This document shows, piece by piece, positions 10,975 to 23,500 of a stretch of 64,000 bases of DNA (the stretch's first letter is position 1; every line of letters begins with the position of its first letter). The notes below the pieces were generated by a model, which searched no databases, was not told where the DNA came from, and worked only from the letters and a program-made list of their open reading frames with translations. The position numbers and the translations under genes are program-made. The stretch is from Vicinamibacteria bacterium (GTDB lineage: Bacteria; Acidobacteriota; Vicinamibacteria; Vicinamibacterales; JAENWD01), in the NCBI GenBank assembly GCA_963806705.1, contig CAWDZE010000007.1, positions 25,037 through 89,036 of the forward strand. Reading direction: 5' to 3'.

Positions 10975-12096
10975 TCAGGGCACGAGCACGGTAGCCGACC
11001 GGTCTGAGTCTCGCGAGTACGCGGCGGCGACGCGCGCGGCGACGGCAGCGCCCTCACCTGCCCGAACCAGCGCGACGATCGACCCGCCAAAGCCGCCGCC
11101 GGTCAGTCGGGCACCAAGGACGGCCGGGTCGGCCTGCGCGAGCGCGACCAGCCGGTCGACTTCCGCCACCGAGCACTCGTAGTCGTCGCGCTGGCTGGTG
11201 TGCGACGCGTTGAACAGCGCGCCCAGGGCGCCGATGTCGCCGGCGCGCATGGCCGCCACGGCGTCGAGTACCCGCTGGTTCTCGGTGACGACATGGCGCA
11301 CACGGCGATGGAGCGGCGCGGGCAGCGTCTGGAGCCTTCCGAGATCGGCGACGCCCAGGTCGCGCAGCTCCGCGACGCCGAGCAGCGACGCCGCGCGCTC
11401 GCATTCGGCGCGCCGCGTACGGTAGTCCCCGTGTGCATGATGGTGCGCCACGCCGGAGTTGATCACCACCAGCTCGGTGGCCGCCGGCAGCGCGACCGGC
11501 TCGGTGGCCAGCGTGCGCGTGTCGACGAACAACGCCTCGCCGACGCCCGCCAGGCTCGACGCCATCTGGTCCATGATGCCGATGGGCGCACCGACAAAGT
11601 CGGTCTCGACCGCTCGACCGATCCTCGCCAGCCGCACGTCGTCGAACTCGAGTCCGAACAGACGCCGGAGAGCCCGGAGGACCGACACTTCCAGGGCGGC
11701 GCTCGAGGAGAGCCCACTGCCCAGGGGCACGTCGGAGGCCAGCGCGAGATCGAAACCGCCAGTCTCGAAGCCCGCATGGCGAAGGGCGACCGTGACGCCC
11801 TGCACGTAGTCCAGCCACCCCTGGCCGGCCTTCTCTCTGCCGAGGTCAAACACCTGAAGCGACGATTCAGTGCTGAGCTCTCGGCTCCAGACGCGAACGC
11901 GACGGCCGGAGCTTGACGCCACCGCCGCCACGGTCGCCTGCGGAATCAAGGTCGGCAGCACGAAGCCGCCGTTGTAGTCGGTGTGCTCGCCGATGAGATT
12001 CACGCGGCCGTGAGCGGACGAGACGACCATCGGCGCGACGCCGAAGAACCCGGCGAACTGCGCGTCGGGAATCGACGGCAGCCGCGGCTCACTCAA
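10975..12096 (-). CDS. galK: Galactokinase
   Basis: GRVNLIGEHTDYNGG signature and GHMP kinase motif PLGSGLSSSAA. TTG start at 12096 overlaps the galT stop. Confidence 0.9.
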   Translation of the reverse strand: MSEPRLPSIPDAQFAGFFGVAPMVVSSAHGRVNLIGEHTDYNGGFVLPTLIPQATVAAVASSSGRRVRVWSRELSTESSLQVFDLGREKAGQGWLDYVQGVTVALRHAGFETGGFDLALASDVPLGSGLSSSAALEVSVLRALRRLFGLEFDDVRLARIGRAVETDFVGAPIGIMDQMASSLAGVGEALFVDTRTLATEPVALPAATELVVINSGVAHHHAHGDYRTRRAECERAASLLGVAELRDLGVADLGRLQTLPAPLHRRVRHVVTENQRVLDAVAAMRAGDIGALGALFNASHTSQRDDYECSVAEVDRLVALAQADPAVLGARLTGGGFGGSIVALVRAGEGAAVAARVAAAYSRDSDRSATVLVP

Positions 12097-13177
12097 GGCT
12101 CACCTCGACGGCCTGCAACTCGCGCGCCTTGTCCTCGGGCAGCGTGTCGGCGGTGAACGCCCCGGCTCCGGCCTCGCTGCCTGCCAGATACTTCAGCCGC
12201 CCGGGCATCCGGTAGGCGGGATAGAACTCGACGTGCACGTGCGCCTCCGGGTGCGCGCGCCCATCGGTCGGCGCCTGGTGAAACGCCATGATGTAGGGGA
12301 ACGGTGTCTGCCACAGCGCGTCGTACTTCATGATCACGGTCTTCAGCGCCCTGGCGAGATCCAGCCTCTCCTCCGGCGTCAGGTCTGGCAGCGAGGGCGC
12401 CGGTCGCAGCGGCGCGACCCACACTTCATAGGGATACCTGGCGCAGACCGGCACGAACGCGACGACTTCCGCTCCGCGATAGATCACGCGCCGCGCGTCA
12501 TCGTCCAGCTCGTGCCGCAGCAAGTCGGCCAGCAGCCCGCGCCTGTTTGCGTCGTAGTGCGCCTGCTGCTGCGACAACTCGCGAGCGGCGACAGGCGGCA
12601 CGAAGGGATACGCGTAGATCTGCCCGTGCGGGTGGTGCAGGGTCACGCCGACCTCGACGCCGCGGTTTTCGAACGGGAACACATACGTGACGTCATCACG
12701 CGCGCCCAGCGCGCTGGTGCGATCGGCCCAGACGTCGACGATGAGCGCCAGGTGGTCCACCGGCAGCCGTCCCAGCGATGACAGCGGGTCCTGCGTGAAG
12801 ACCACGACCTCGCACGCGCCTCGGCCCGGACGCGTGTCGACAATCGACGCCGGCGCATCGTGCGCCTGCCCGCTCAGCGTCGGAAACAGATTCTCGAACA
12901 CGGCCACGTCCCACGGTCCTGCCGGCACCTCGGTGGGCGACGAGGGGTCCGTTGTCACGGCCAGCGGGTTCCACTCGGCCGGCGGGAGAAAGGTCCGATG
13001 CTGCCGATGTGATGCGTACGCGATCCATTCACCGCGCAGCGGATGCCAGCGCAAGTGCGAGTTGGGCGAGACAGGCTGCTGGTTCGGGCTCGGTGCCATC
13101 AGGCCACCTGGAATCGGCCCGCGGGCATAGAGCCACAGCGCGCGGCCGTCGGGCTTCAACAGATCGACTCTGAACAT
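12089..13177 (-). CDS. galT: Galactose-1-phosphate uridylyltransferase
   Basis: C-terminal 362 aa of the 975-aa ORF. Starts MFRVDLLKPDG. Active-site HHPHGQIYAYPF (HxHxQ) plus FENRG. Confidence 0.85.
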   Translation of the reverse strand: MFRVDLLKPDGRALWLYARGPIPGGLMAPSPNQQPVSPNSHLRWHPLRGEWIAYASHRQHRTFLPPAEWNPLAVTTDPSSPTEVPAGPWDVAVFENLFPTLSGQAHDAPASIVDTRPGRGACEVVVFTQDPLSSLGRLPVDHLALIVDVWADRTSALGARDDVTYVFPFENRGVEVGVTLHHPHGQIYAYPFVPPVAARELSQQQAHYDANRRGLLADLLRHELDDDARRVIYRGAEVVAFVPVCARYPYEVWVAPLRPAPSLPDLTPEERLDLARALKTVIMKYDALWQTPFPYIMAFHQAPTDGRAHPEAHVHVEFYPAYRMPGRLKYLAGSEAGAGAFTADTLPEDKARELQAVEVSLE

Positions 13178-13188
13178 GGAACCGATGG

Positions 13189-14544
13189 TCAGGCTGTCGA
13201 GCGCTCGCGTGCGATCTTCGCCACCAGGCCGCTCAATCCGAGCACGCCGATGATATTCGGGAAGATCTGAAGCGCGTTCATCAAGTCGCCCCACGCCCAG
13301 ACCAGATCGACCTTCGAGATCGCGCCAAGTGGAATCAGCAGGCAGTAGATCCATCGGTACGGCGTCACGACACTCGGGCCGAAGATGTATTCCAGAAACT
13401 GCTCGCCGTAAAACGCCCATCCGATCAGGGTGGTGTAGCCGAAGAGGAACACGCAGAAGGCCACTACCCAGCCCCCCACCGCCGGGACGACCTGATTGAA
13501 CGAATGCGCGACGGCCGCCGTGCTCGTCAGGCTGGCAACGCCCATGGCGTCGCGCGATTGCTGCACCGCATCCCAGGCCCCCAGCAATACGACCATGGCA
13601 GAAATTGTGGATGTCACAAACGAGACGATGAACACCTCCATCACCGCGTTGAGCCCCTGCGCCGCCGGCCGACGGCTGCGCGCAGTGCCGTACGCCACGG
13701 CTGCGGTGCCGTAGCCAGCCTCGTTCGCATACATCCCGCGCGCCAGCCCGTACCGCATCGCGATCAGGAAGCCCATGGCGCCACCGGCCGCGGCCCGCGT
13801 CGAGAACGCTTCGCGAAACACCAGGGCCAGCACGTCGGGAATTCTCGACGCGAAGCTCACGATGACGATCAACCCGCCAGCGAGGTAGAGGCCGACTTTG
13901 AGCGGTGTGAGCCGCTCGGCGGCCTTGCCGATGGACTGGATGCCCCCGATGATCACCAGCCACGTGAGCACCGCGATGAGCACGCCGGAGGCCCAGGTCG
14001 GCACGCCGAACTGGGTGTTCCACACGAGCGCGATCGAATTGGTCTGTGTAAACGGCGTCGTCGTCAGCGCCGCCACGCCCGCGATGAGCGCGTAGACCCA
14101 CGCCAGGGCCGGCGACTTGAGCCCGTCGCGCAGGTAGTACATCGGACCGGTGCGCGTGCGCCCGCCGTCGACGTCGCGAAACGTCACGCCGAGGACCGCT
14201 TCGCTGAACTTGACCGCCGTGGCCACGAACCCGTAGCACCAGATCCAGAACAGGGCGCCGGGGCCGCCGGAAACGATGCCGGCAGCGACGCCGGCGATGT
14301 TGCCGGTGCCGATGGTCGCCGCAAGCGCGGTCATGAACGCCTGAAACGGCGAGAGCGCTCCGCCCGCAGAGCCGTCCTGGTCGCCGACAAACGTCCCCAG
14401 CGCCTCGCGAAACCGGCGCAGTTGCACGACGCCGTAGCGAATCGTGAGGAACAGCCCCGACCCGAACAGCAGGATCACGAGCCACGGCACATACAACGCG
14501 TCGGCCGCTGACTGGATGGCGTCGGCCAAAGAGGCGGAGATCAT
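13189..14544 (-). CDS. Alanine/glycine:cation symporter (AGCS) family transporter
   Basis: 451 aa, polytopic. Motifs SPFQAFMTALAATIGTGNIAGVA and GGPGALFWIW. Confidence 0.85.
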   Translation of the reverse strand: MISASLADAIQSAADALYVPWLVILLFGSGLFLTIRYGVVQLRRFREALGTFVGDQDGSAGGALSPFQAFMTALAATIGTGNIAGVAAGIVSGGPGALFWIWCYGFVATAVKFSEAVLGVTFRDVDGGRTRTGPMYYLRDGLKSPALAWVYALIAGVAALTTTPFTQTNSIALVWNTQFGVPTWASGVLIAVLTWLVIIGGIQSIGKAAERLTPLKVGLYLAGGLIVIVSFASRIPDVLALVFREAFSTRAAAGGAMGFLIAMRYGLARGMYANEAGYGTAAVAYGTARSRRPAAQGLNAVMEVFIVSFVTSTISAMVVLLGAWDAVQQSRDAMGVASLTSTAAVAHSFNQVVPAVGGWVVAFCVFLFGYTTLIGWAFYGEQFLEYIFGPSVVTPYRWIYCLLIPLGAISKVDLVWAWGDLMNALQIFPNIIGVLGLSGLVAKIARERSTA

Positions 14545-14565
14545 GGGCGCGGGGAGTATAGCCCG

Positions 14566-15357
14566 CTAGAGGTTCGACCTGGACTGACAGCCGTCGACGA
14601 CCACCGACGCGCCGCTCACCCAGCTTGCCCGTGGGGAAGCGAGAAACGCGACGACCTCGCCCACTTCCTCGGCGCGCCCGAAGCGGCCAAACGGCAGGTC
14701 CTGTCGGACAAACTGCGCGATCCCTTCGGGGTCGGCCTGCTGCCGCTTGTGCCACGAGCCTCCGGGAAACAGGATCGATCCCGGCGCGACGCCGACGACA
14801 CGGATGTTGTGCGGCGCCAGTTGCTGCGCGAGCGACTTGGCGAGGCTGGTCTCGGCGGCCTTCACCGCGTTGTAAGTCATCCTGCCGCCCGACTCCCGGC
14901 CCCAGATGGACGTGATCATCACGATCACGCCGCCGCCACGCGCGCGCATGTGCGGCACAGCCAGCCTCGATGCGCGAATCGCGGGATAGAGAGTCTGGTC
15001 GAAGGCCTCCTGCCATTCGGCATCGCTGGTATCGACCAGGCCGGCGCCGCGGGCAAGCCCCATGTTGTTGACCAGGATGTCCAGGCCACCGAATCGCGCA
15101 GCCGTTTCTTCCACCGCGCGGGCAACGCCGTCTGACGTCGACAGGTCCGCCGCTACCGACGCCACCGCGTCCGCGCTGGAAGCCACGCGCCGCACCTCGT
15201 CAGCGGCGCGGGTGAGTTGCTCGGCCCCGCGGGCCGTGAGCATCACGCGACAGCCTTCGGCTGCCAGTGCCACGGCACTGGCGAGGCCGAGCCCGCGGCT
15301 CGAGCCGGTGATGAGGGCGGCTTTGTCAGCGAGACCGAGGTCCATCAACGCTCCCAA
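14566..15357 (-). CDS. SDR family oxidoreductase
   Basis: TGSSRGLG cofactor motif and NNMG. The YNAVKAA sequence gives the YxxxK catalytic motif. Confidence 0.8.
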   Translation of the reverse strand: MGALMDLGLADKAALITGSSRGLGLASAVALAAEGCRVMLTARGAEQLTRAADEVRRVASSADAVASVAADLSTSDGVARAVEETAARFGGLDILVNNMGLARGAGLVDTSDAEWQEAFDQTLYPAIRASRLAVPHMRARGGGVIVMITSIWGRESGGRMTYNAVKAAETSLAKSLAQQLAPHNIRVVGVAPGSILFPGGSWHKRQQADPEGIAQFVRQDLPFGRFGRAEEVGEVVAFLASPRASWVSGASVVVDGCQSRSNL

Positions 15358-15422
15358 TCACGAAGGTCACGATGGATACACGAAGGTCACGAAAGCTGTT
15401 GTGGGCTGATCATGGACGCGCA

Positions 15423-16232
15423 TCACAACCCGGCCAGCCAGGGCCACAGGGCGGCCTGAAACGCATCGGGCGCCTCGAGGTTAGCCAGGTGCCCTGCACG
15501 TGGCAGCACCGCGAGGGTCGACTCCGGAAGCGCACTGGCCATCGAGCGGGCCTCGGTGACGGGCGTGATGGCGTCTTCCTCGCCGACGATGACGAGGGCC
15601 GGTATCGCGGCGCGCGCCAGTTGCGGCGTGGCGTCGGGCCTGTCGCGCAGGCGCTGAATCGCACGCGAGACGCCCTCGCCGCTGTTGGACTCGATCATCG
15701 CGCGCACCTTCAGCGCCAGCCCCGGATTGGCGCGCTGTGTCGTCGCGCCAAGCAGCTTGGGCACCATCTCGTCGGCGACACCGGCGACGCCGCCGGACGC
15801 CACCAGGTCCAGCATCTTCTGCCGGCCGTCGCGGGCCTGCGGTGTGTCGGCGCCGCTCTTGGTGTCGGCGAGGACGATGCCTTTCAGCCGCGACGGGTTC
15901 AGCCGCAGGTACGCGAACACCGCATACCCCCCCATCGACAGGCCGCCGAGCACGAAATGCCGCAGGCCCAGGTGGTGGGCCAGGTCGTCGAGGTCGTGCG
16001 CGAAGTCGTCGATGCTCGGCCGGCCGTTGTGGTCCGCGGAGCCGCCAAGTCCCGCCAGGTCGGGCGCGACCACGCGGCACCCATCGGGCACGGACTGAAG
16101 CTGGGGCTGCCACATGTCTGCGCCAAGCGGAAACGCGTGCAACCACACTAGCGTGCGCGGGGCATTGGTGCTTCCCGCATCGAGCCACCGCGTGGTCCGG
16201 CCGCCGATGACGGCGCTCTGCTCGCGTATCAT
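15423..16232 (-). CDS. Alpha/beta hydrolase
   Basis: Nucleophile elbow GLSMGG and C-terminal GHLANLE. The start is either MIREQ at 16232 or the ATG at 16259. Confidence 0.75.
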   Translation of the reverse strand: MIREQSAVIGGRTTRWLDAGSTNAPRTLVWLHAFPLGADMWQPQLQSVPDGCRVVAPDLAGLGGSADHNGRPSIDDFAHDLDDLAHHLGLRHFVLGGLSMGGYAVFAYLRLNPSRLKGIVLADTKSGADTPQARDGRQKMLDLVASGGVAGVADEMVPKLLGATTQRANPGLALKVRAMIESNSGEGVSRAIQRLRDRPDATPQLARAAIPALVIVGEEDAITPVTEARSMASALPESTLAVLPRAGHLANLEAPDAFQAALWPWLAGL

Positions 16233-16322
16233 CCCGCCATTGTATGGGCACGGCCGCAAAGAACGTCATCACTTCGCAACGGCCGTGATAGATGATCGAC
16301 GAGAGTGGAGGATCGCCAACGC

Positions 16323-17648
16323 ATGTCACGGACTGGTTTGCCCGTCTTGCTGCTGACCACGCTGGTCAGTTCCCTGGCCCTGGTGGCCGCCGAGCCGGCG
16401 CGCCACGTCGTGCTGATCTCGATAGACGGCATGCGTCCCGCCAGCTACACCTCGGCCGGGCCCGCGAAGATTCCGACCTTGCGCGCCCTTGCGGCGCGCG
16501 GCGCCTACGCGAGCGGCGTCGTCGGCGTCCTGCCCACGGTGACCTACCCATCGCACACCACGATGATCACCGGCGTCCCGCCGGCCATCCACGGCATCGT
16601 CAACAACACCTGGCTCGATCCCGAGGCCCGCGCGGCGGGCGCCTGGTATTGGTACGCGCGCGACATCAAGGTGCCGACGCTGCCGGGCCTGATTCGGGCA
16701 AGCGGCATGACGGCAGCGGCGGTGAGCTGGCCCGTGACGGTGGGGATGGACCTCGACTACAACGTTCCCGAGCACTTCCGCTCACGGCACCCCGAGGCGC
16801 TGTCGCTGCTGCGGGCGCTCTCGACGCCCCGCCATCTGATCGACGGCTACGAGAGCAGCCTCGCGGCGCCGATGCCGTGGCCGCCGACTGACGACGAGCG
16901 CACCGGTTTGGCCGCGTGGATCATCCGCACGTTCAAGCCCAACTTCCTCATGCTCCACATCTTCGACAACGACGCGGCGTCTCACGCGTACGGGCCCGAT
17001 TCACCGGAGGCGCTTGCGGCGCTCGAACGCAACGACGCCCAGGTGGGAACGCTTCTCGAGGCCGTGCAGGCCGCGGGCCTCTCCGAGCGCACGGACTTCG
17101 TGGTGGTCTCCGACCACGGCTTCGTGTCCCTGCAAACGCAATTGCAGCCGAACTTCGTGTTCAAGCAGGACGGGCTGATTCAGGTGAACGAGGCCGGCGT
17201 GATCACGGCATGGGACGCGTATCTGCAATCGTCAGGCGGCGCCGGATTCGTGTACCTGAAGCGGCCCGAGGACGCGGCGCTGATCGCCCGTGTGCGCGCG
17301 CTGCTCGATGCGATCGCGGCTGACCCGGCAAATGGCGTCGATCGGCTCTGGACGCGCGAGGACCTGCAGCGCATCGGCGCTGCGCCGGAGGCCAGCTTCG
17401 CGATGACCATGAAAGCCGGGTTCTACATGGGGACGTCGCACGCAGCTCTCCTGCAGCCCACCACGGGCAAGGGCGGTCATGGCTTCGATCCGTCGATGCC
17501 GGCGCTGCACGCGTCGTTGATTCTGGCGGGGCCCGACGTGGCGCGGAAGGGCGACTTGGGCGTCGTGCGCATGACCCAGATCGCGCCGACCCTCGCGCGG
17601 TGGTTTGGCGTGCGGCTCGTGGCCGACGCCGATCAGCCGCTGTGGTGA
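16323..17648 (+). CDS. Secreted ectonucleotide pyrophosphatase/phosphodiesterase family protein (alkaline-phosphatase superfamily)
   Basis: Signal peptide, then metal/nucleophile region ISIDGMR ... TVTYPSHTTMITG, and VVSDHGF. Confidence 0.75.
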   Translation: MSRTGLPVLLLTTLVSSLALVAAEPARHVVLISIDGMRPASYTSAGPAKIPTLRALAARGAYASGVVGVLPTVTYPSHTTMITGVPPAIHGIVNNTWLDPEARAAGAWYWYARDIKVPTLPGLIRASGMTAAAVSWPVTVGMDLDYNVPEHFRSRHPEALSLLRALSTPRHLIDGYESSLAAPMPWPPTDDERTGLAAWIIRTFKPNFLMLHIFDNDAASHAYGPDSPEALAALERNDAQVGTLLEAVQAAGLSERTDFVVVSDHGFVSLQTQLQPNFVFKQDGLIQVNEAGVITAWDAYLQSSGGAGFVYLKRPEDAALIARVRALLDAIAADPANGVDRLWTREDLQRIGAAPEASFAMTMKAGFYMGTSHAALLQPTTGKGGHGFDPSMPALHASLILAGPDVARKGDLGVVRMTQIAPTLARWFGVRLVADADQPLW

Positions 17649-17664
17649 TTTACCTGACAACGAC

Positions 17665-19082
17665 CTACCGCGCGCTGCCGCTCCGAGGGGGGGCGCCAAC
17701 CCCCGTCTCAATCGTCAGTCGTGGGAGAGCAGCCTGCAGCCGCGAGATCCCGGCTGGAGTCACGCCTGTCTCCCACACGTAGAGCGCGCGCAGCCGCTTC
17801 AGCGACGTCAACGGCCCAAGTCCCTCGTCAGTCACGGCCGTGCGATAGAGGTTCAGATACTCGAGCCTCTGCAGGCCTGCCAGGAGCGCCACGCCTTCAT
17901 CGCCCGTTTGTGTGTGCTGCAAGTGCAGGCGCGTGAGATTGGGCAGCCGCGCGATCTCGGCGAGCCCGCGATCGGACACGCTCGTGCCGCCCAGATCCAA
18001 CCAGAGCACCTGCGGGCCGATGCGGCCGAGCACCTTGAGCGACGCGTCGGTGATGCTCGTCGTCGCGTTCGTGCTGTGCACGTGCAGAAACGGCTTCCCG
18101 TCGGCGATTCGCACGACCGAGAACCCCTCCGCCCTCACCGCCGCGACAGCCTCGGTCGGGGCCTCGGGCACCGCGAGAGCTGGCAGCGTCGGTCCACCAT
18201 GCTCGATTGGGCCGGCCAGCGCCTCGATCACCGGCAGGACTTCGGACGCGATCTCGGCGTCCTCCAGCGTGAGGTCGAATCGCGCCCCGGTCGCCACCCA
18301 CCAGCGAATCAGCGCCGCATCGGCGGGCGACAAGGGCGGGTGCCCCCTGGGCGGCATCGCGTCTTCGTGCGACCGCGGAAGGAAGATGCGCCGGAGCAGC
18401 TCGCTCGACTCCAGCCGGCCCGCGGCGATCACGGGGCCGTCATGGCCTCCCTTGGTGATGCCCCCCGCGGTGTCCAGGCGCAGATCACCTTTCACCTTTG
18501 TCGGGCCGTGGCACGACACGCACTGCTTTTCGAGCACAGGTGCGACCAGGTCTGCGTAGAGGAGGATGCCATCCGGCGCGCGGCCTGCCAGGCGGGCCCC
18601 GGTACCGGGGCCCGACACACTGCCAAGGAACCGCTTCAGCATTGGCGGTGCGTACCCGGTCAGATAGCCTTCGCCGTGCGTCAGTGTCGCGCCAAGGTGT
18701 CCCGCCGCCAGCATCAGAGCCACGGCCGTGGCCAGCAGCATCGTCTCGAGACGACGGCTCTGGCGTCCAGGCGCATATCCAACAGCGAACGCCAGCGCGG
18801 CTGCCACCGCCACGGCAATGCCGAGCCGCTGGTGCCACATAAAGCTGTCGCCGGCATAGCCTCCGCCGTTGCCAAGCAGCCATCCGGTCGTTGCCGAGGC
18901 GACGGCCGTCGCCGCGCCGAGGGCCAGCACCAGTCTCGACCAGCGATTCGACGACTCGCCCCGGGAGTCGAACCAGGTCGGGCGCCCCTCGATCAGGCGG
19001 AGCAGCGCCGCCAGCAGCAGCAGCGCGATCGGGAAATGCACGAGGAGCGGATGGAACCGCCCCGCGAACTGCGCGAGATCGG

Positions 19083-19086
<4 letters not shown>
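17665..19086 (-). CDS. Membrane c-type cytochrome (Planctomycete-cytochrome-C type CxxCH) with DUF2231-like N-terminus and C-terminal leucine-rich repeats
   Basis: N-terminal [11 protein letters not shown] transmembrane region, heme motif [17 protein letters not shown], and C-terminal L-x-x-L-x-L repeats ([32 protein letters not shown]...). The start overlaps the DUF1501 stop by 4 nt. Confidence 0.7.
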
Positions 19087-20556
<1,470 letters not shown>

Positions 20557-20566
20557 GCCACGCTCC

Positions 20567-23500
20567 TCACCGCTTCATCACGGCGTCGTCCATGTTCATC
20601 ACCGTGCTCGCGACAATCGACGCGGCGGCCACCTCGGAGGCGGGCAGCGCGCGGTTGCGAGGCGTCTCGCCCGTTGCCAGCAGCCGCCGTGCGGCGCCCG
20701 GGTCCTTCTCGAACGCCGCGCGCTCGTCGGCGTACAGCTTCTCGAGGAGGGCAAGCTCCGAGGGGAGTGGCGTGCGGCTGGTCAGCAGACGAAACGCGAG
20801 CCTGATGCGATCTGAGGCGCTCGTTCCGCCCTCGAGGAGCATGCGCTCCGCAACCTTACGGGCCGCCTCGACGTACTGCGGGTCGTTCAGCAGGACCAGC
20901 GCCTGTAACGGCGTGCTGGTCCGCTGGCGGTTCACCGTGCACACCAGGCGCTCGGCCGCGTCGAAACTGGTCGCCGACGGCGGAGGCGACGAGCGCTTCC
21001 ACACCGTGTAGAGGCTGCGCCGGTGGAGGTCGTCGCCGTGACCCTGGGTGTAGGTGGTCGCGTTCCGTGTCGCCAGAGCTTCCCAGAGGCCCGCCGGTTG
21101 GTACGGGTACACGCTTGGACCGCCGATGGTGGAGACCAGCAGGCCACTGGCCGCCAGCGCGGCGTCGCGAATCTGTTCGGCCGCGAGGCGGTGTGAGGGC
21201 CCGCGCGACAGCCACACGTTGCCCGGGTCGGCATCCCGGCGCGCGGCATCGGCAATCGACGACTGCCGGTACGTCGCCGACATCACCAGCTGCTTCTGAA
21301 ATGCCTTCAAGTCCCAGCCCGACTGCACGAGGCTCGTCGCCAGCCAGTCAAGCAGTGCCGGATGCGACGGCAACTGTCCCTGGCTGCCGAAGTCGGCCAG
21401 CGTCGGCACCAGCCCGCGGCCAAAGAGGAGGGCCCAGTACCGATTCGCGATCACGCGCGAAGTGAGGGGATGCGCCGGGTCGAGCAGCCACCTGGCCAGG
21501 CCCAGGCGGTTGGCGGGCAGGGCTTTCGGAAACGGGCCCATGACGGCGGGCGTGCCCGGCTCGACGCGGTCGGTGGGCGCGTCGTAGGCGCCCCGGGCGA
21601 GCACGAAGGTCGGCCGCGGAGCCGGCAGGTCCCGCATCGTCATCGCTTCGGTGAGCGCGGTGAGCAGGTCGTTCTCACGCTTGCGCAACGCCGTCGCGCG
21701 TGACAGCGTGCGTGCGTACTCCGCGTCGGCGTTGAGCAGGAAGTGCTCGCGCAGCTGTGTCATCTGGCCAGCCGTCGGTGACACCTGGCTGGCGAAGACG
21801 CTCGCCAGTTCGTCGTCGTTGCCGCCGAGCCCCGCCATGTCGAGCGCCGACAGCTGCCGGTCGTACACGCGGACTTCGTCGAAGGCGACGCCCTCGGTCG
21901 TCTCGTCCTGGCGCTTGCCCAGGCGCAACGGCGGCACATCGCCCCAGCTGCCCTTGTTGGTCGTGTAGATGATGCTGCGATGGAGGTTGTCGACCAGCGC
22001 GTGCGTCTGGGCGGGAGCGCCGTCGAGGAACAGCCGCAAGCCGGCGACACGGCTCGATCCGTCGTACGTCAGGCCGATGTGATACCAGGTGCCAGTGACG
22101 AGCTTCGTCGTCGTCTCGATTTCGATCGAGTTGTCGGGGCCGACGTGATGCAGGCCGGCGCTGAGCGTGCCGTCGGCGCGGAGCAGAATCTCGTACCCGC
22201 GGTTGCCGTTCATCACGCCGCCGGAACGTGCGATGAGCGGACCAGACGTGCCGTCCTTGTCGAGGCGGACCCACAGGCTCAGCGAGAACGGCTGGTGGCG
22301 GTCGAAGTACGCGAACTCCTTCCCGATGGTGATGTAGCTGTCGCCCGGCAGCCGCTGCGCGTTGCCGAAGCGCCCGGGCACCGTCTGCGGCCGCTTGTCC
22401 TTGTCGCCGCCGGAGGTGGCCCGCTGGCGCGGCGTCGCGACGTTCTCGTAGGCCAGCACTTCCTCGGGCGGCTTTGGCGGCGCCTTCGGCTCGACTTTGG
22501 GCCGCTCCATGGTCCGTATCGCCCGATCGAACGGCAGATGCCCGATGAGACCGCGCGGCACGGCCCGCGCAGACGGTGGAGCCGCCGATCCGTTGGCGAG
22601 CCACTTCGCGAATCGCCGATCGAAGTCCGGACCCTCGGGCCGCAGCCCGGGCTTGAGCGTGGCCAGCTCGGCTCGAACGCGATCGAGGGCCGCCTGCGTC
22701 TTCGCATCGACGACCATCACTGCCGGGCTCGGCACGCCCGAGTACGGAATCTGCCCGCTCTCGTTGACGCTGTTGAAGAAGCTGAACAGCCGGAAATAGT
22801 CCTTCTGGCTGATCGGGTCGAACTTGTGGTCGTGGCACCGTGCGCACTCGACACTGACGCCGAGCAGCGCACGTCCGAGCGTGGCCACACGGTCGGCGAC
22901 GTACTCGACCCGATACTCCTCCGAGACGATGCCGCCCTCCTGGCTCTGCATGTGGTTGCGATTGAAGCCGGTGGCCAGCCGCTGCTCGTCGGTGGGAGAC
23001 GGCAGCAGGTCGCCCGCCAGCTGCCACGTGATGAACTGGTCGAGCGGCAGGTTGCGGTTGAAGGCGCCAATCACCCAGTCCCGCCACGGCCACATGGTCC
23101 TCATCCCGTCGTCCTGGTAGCCGTGCGAGTCGGCGTACCGCGCGATGTCGAGCCACTCGACGGCCATTCGCTCGCCGTAGGCAGGCGAGGCCAGCAGCCG
23201 ATCGACGACGCGTTCGTAGGCGTCCGGCGATTGATCGGCCACGAATGCGTCGATGTCTGCCAGTGTCGGCGGCAGTCCCGTGAGGTCCATCGAGACGCGT
23301 CGCAGCAGCGTCTCGCGCGGCGCCTCAGGCGACGGGCTCAGCCCGTGCGATTCGAGCGTGGCCAGCACGAAGCGGTCGATCTCGCTGCGGGCCCAGCCGT
23401 CGGTGCGGGTCCTCGGCACCGCCGGCCTCCCCGGCGGGATGAAGGCCCAATGCGGTTTCCACTCGGCGCCTTGCTCGATCCAGCGCACGAGAATCGCTCG

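Noticed and set aside
13178-15016. Upstream 613 codons of the 975-aa minus ORF
   Set aside because: It overlaps the AGCS transporter and the SDR gene in other frames. Only the last 362 codons (galT) show family motifs.
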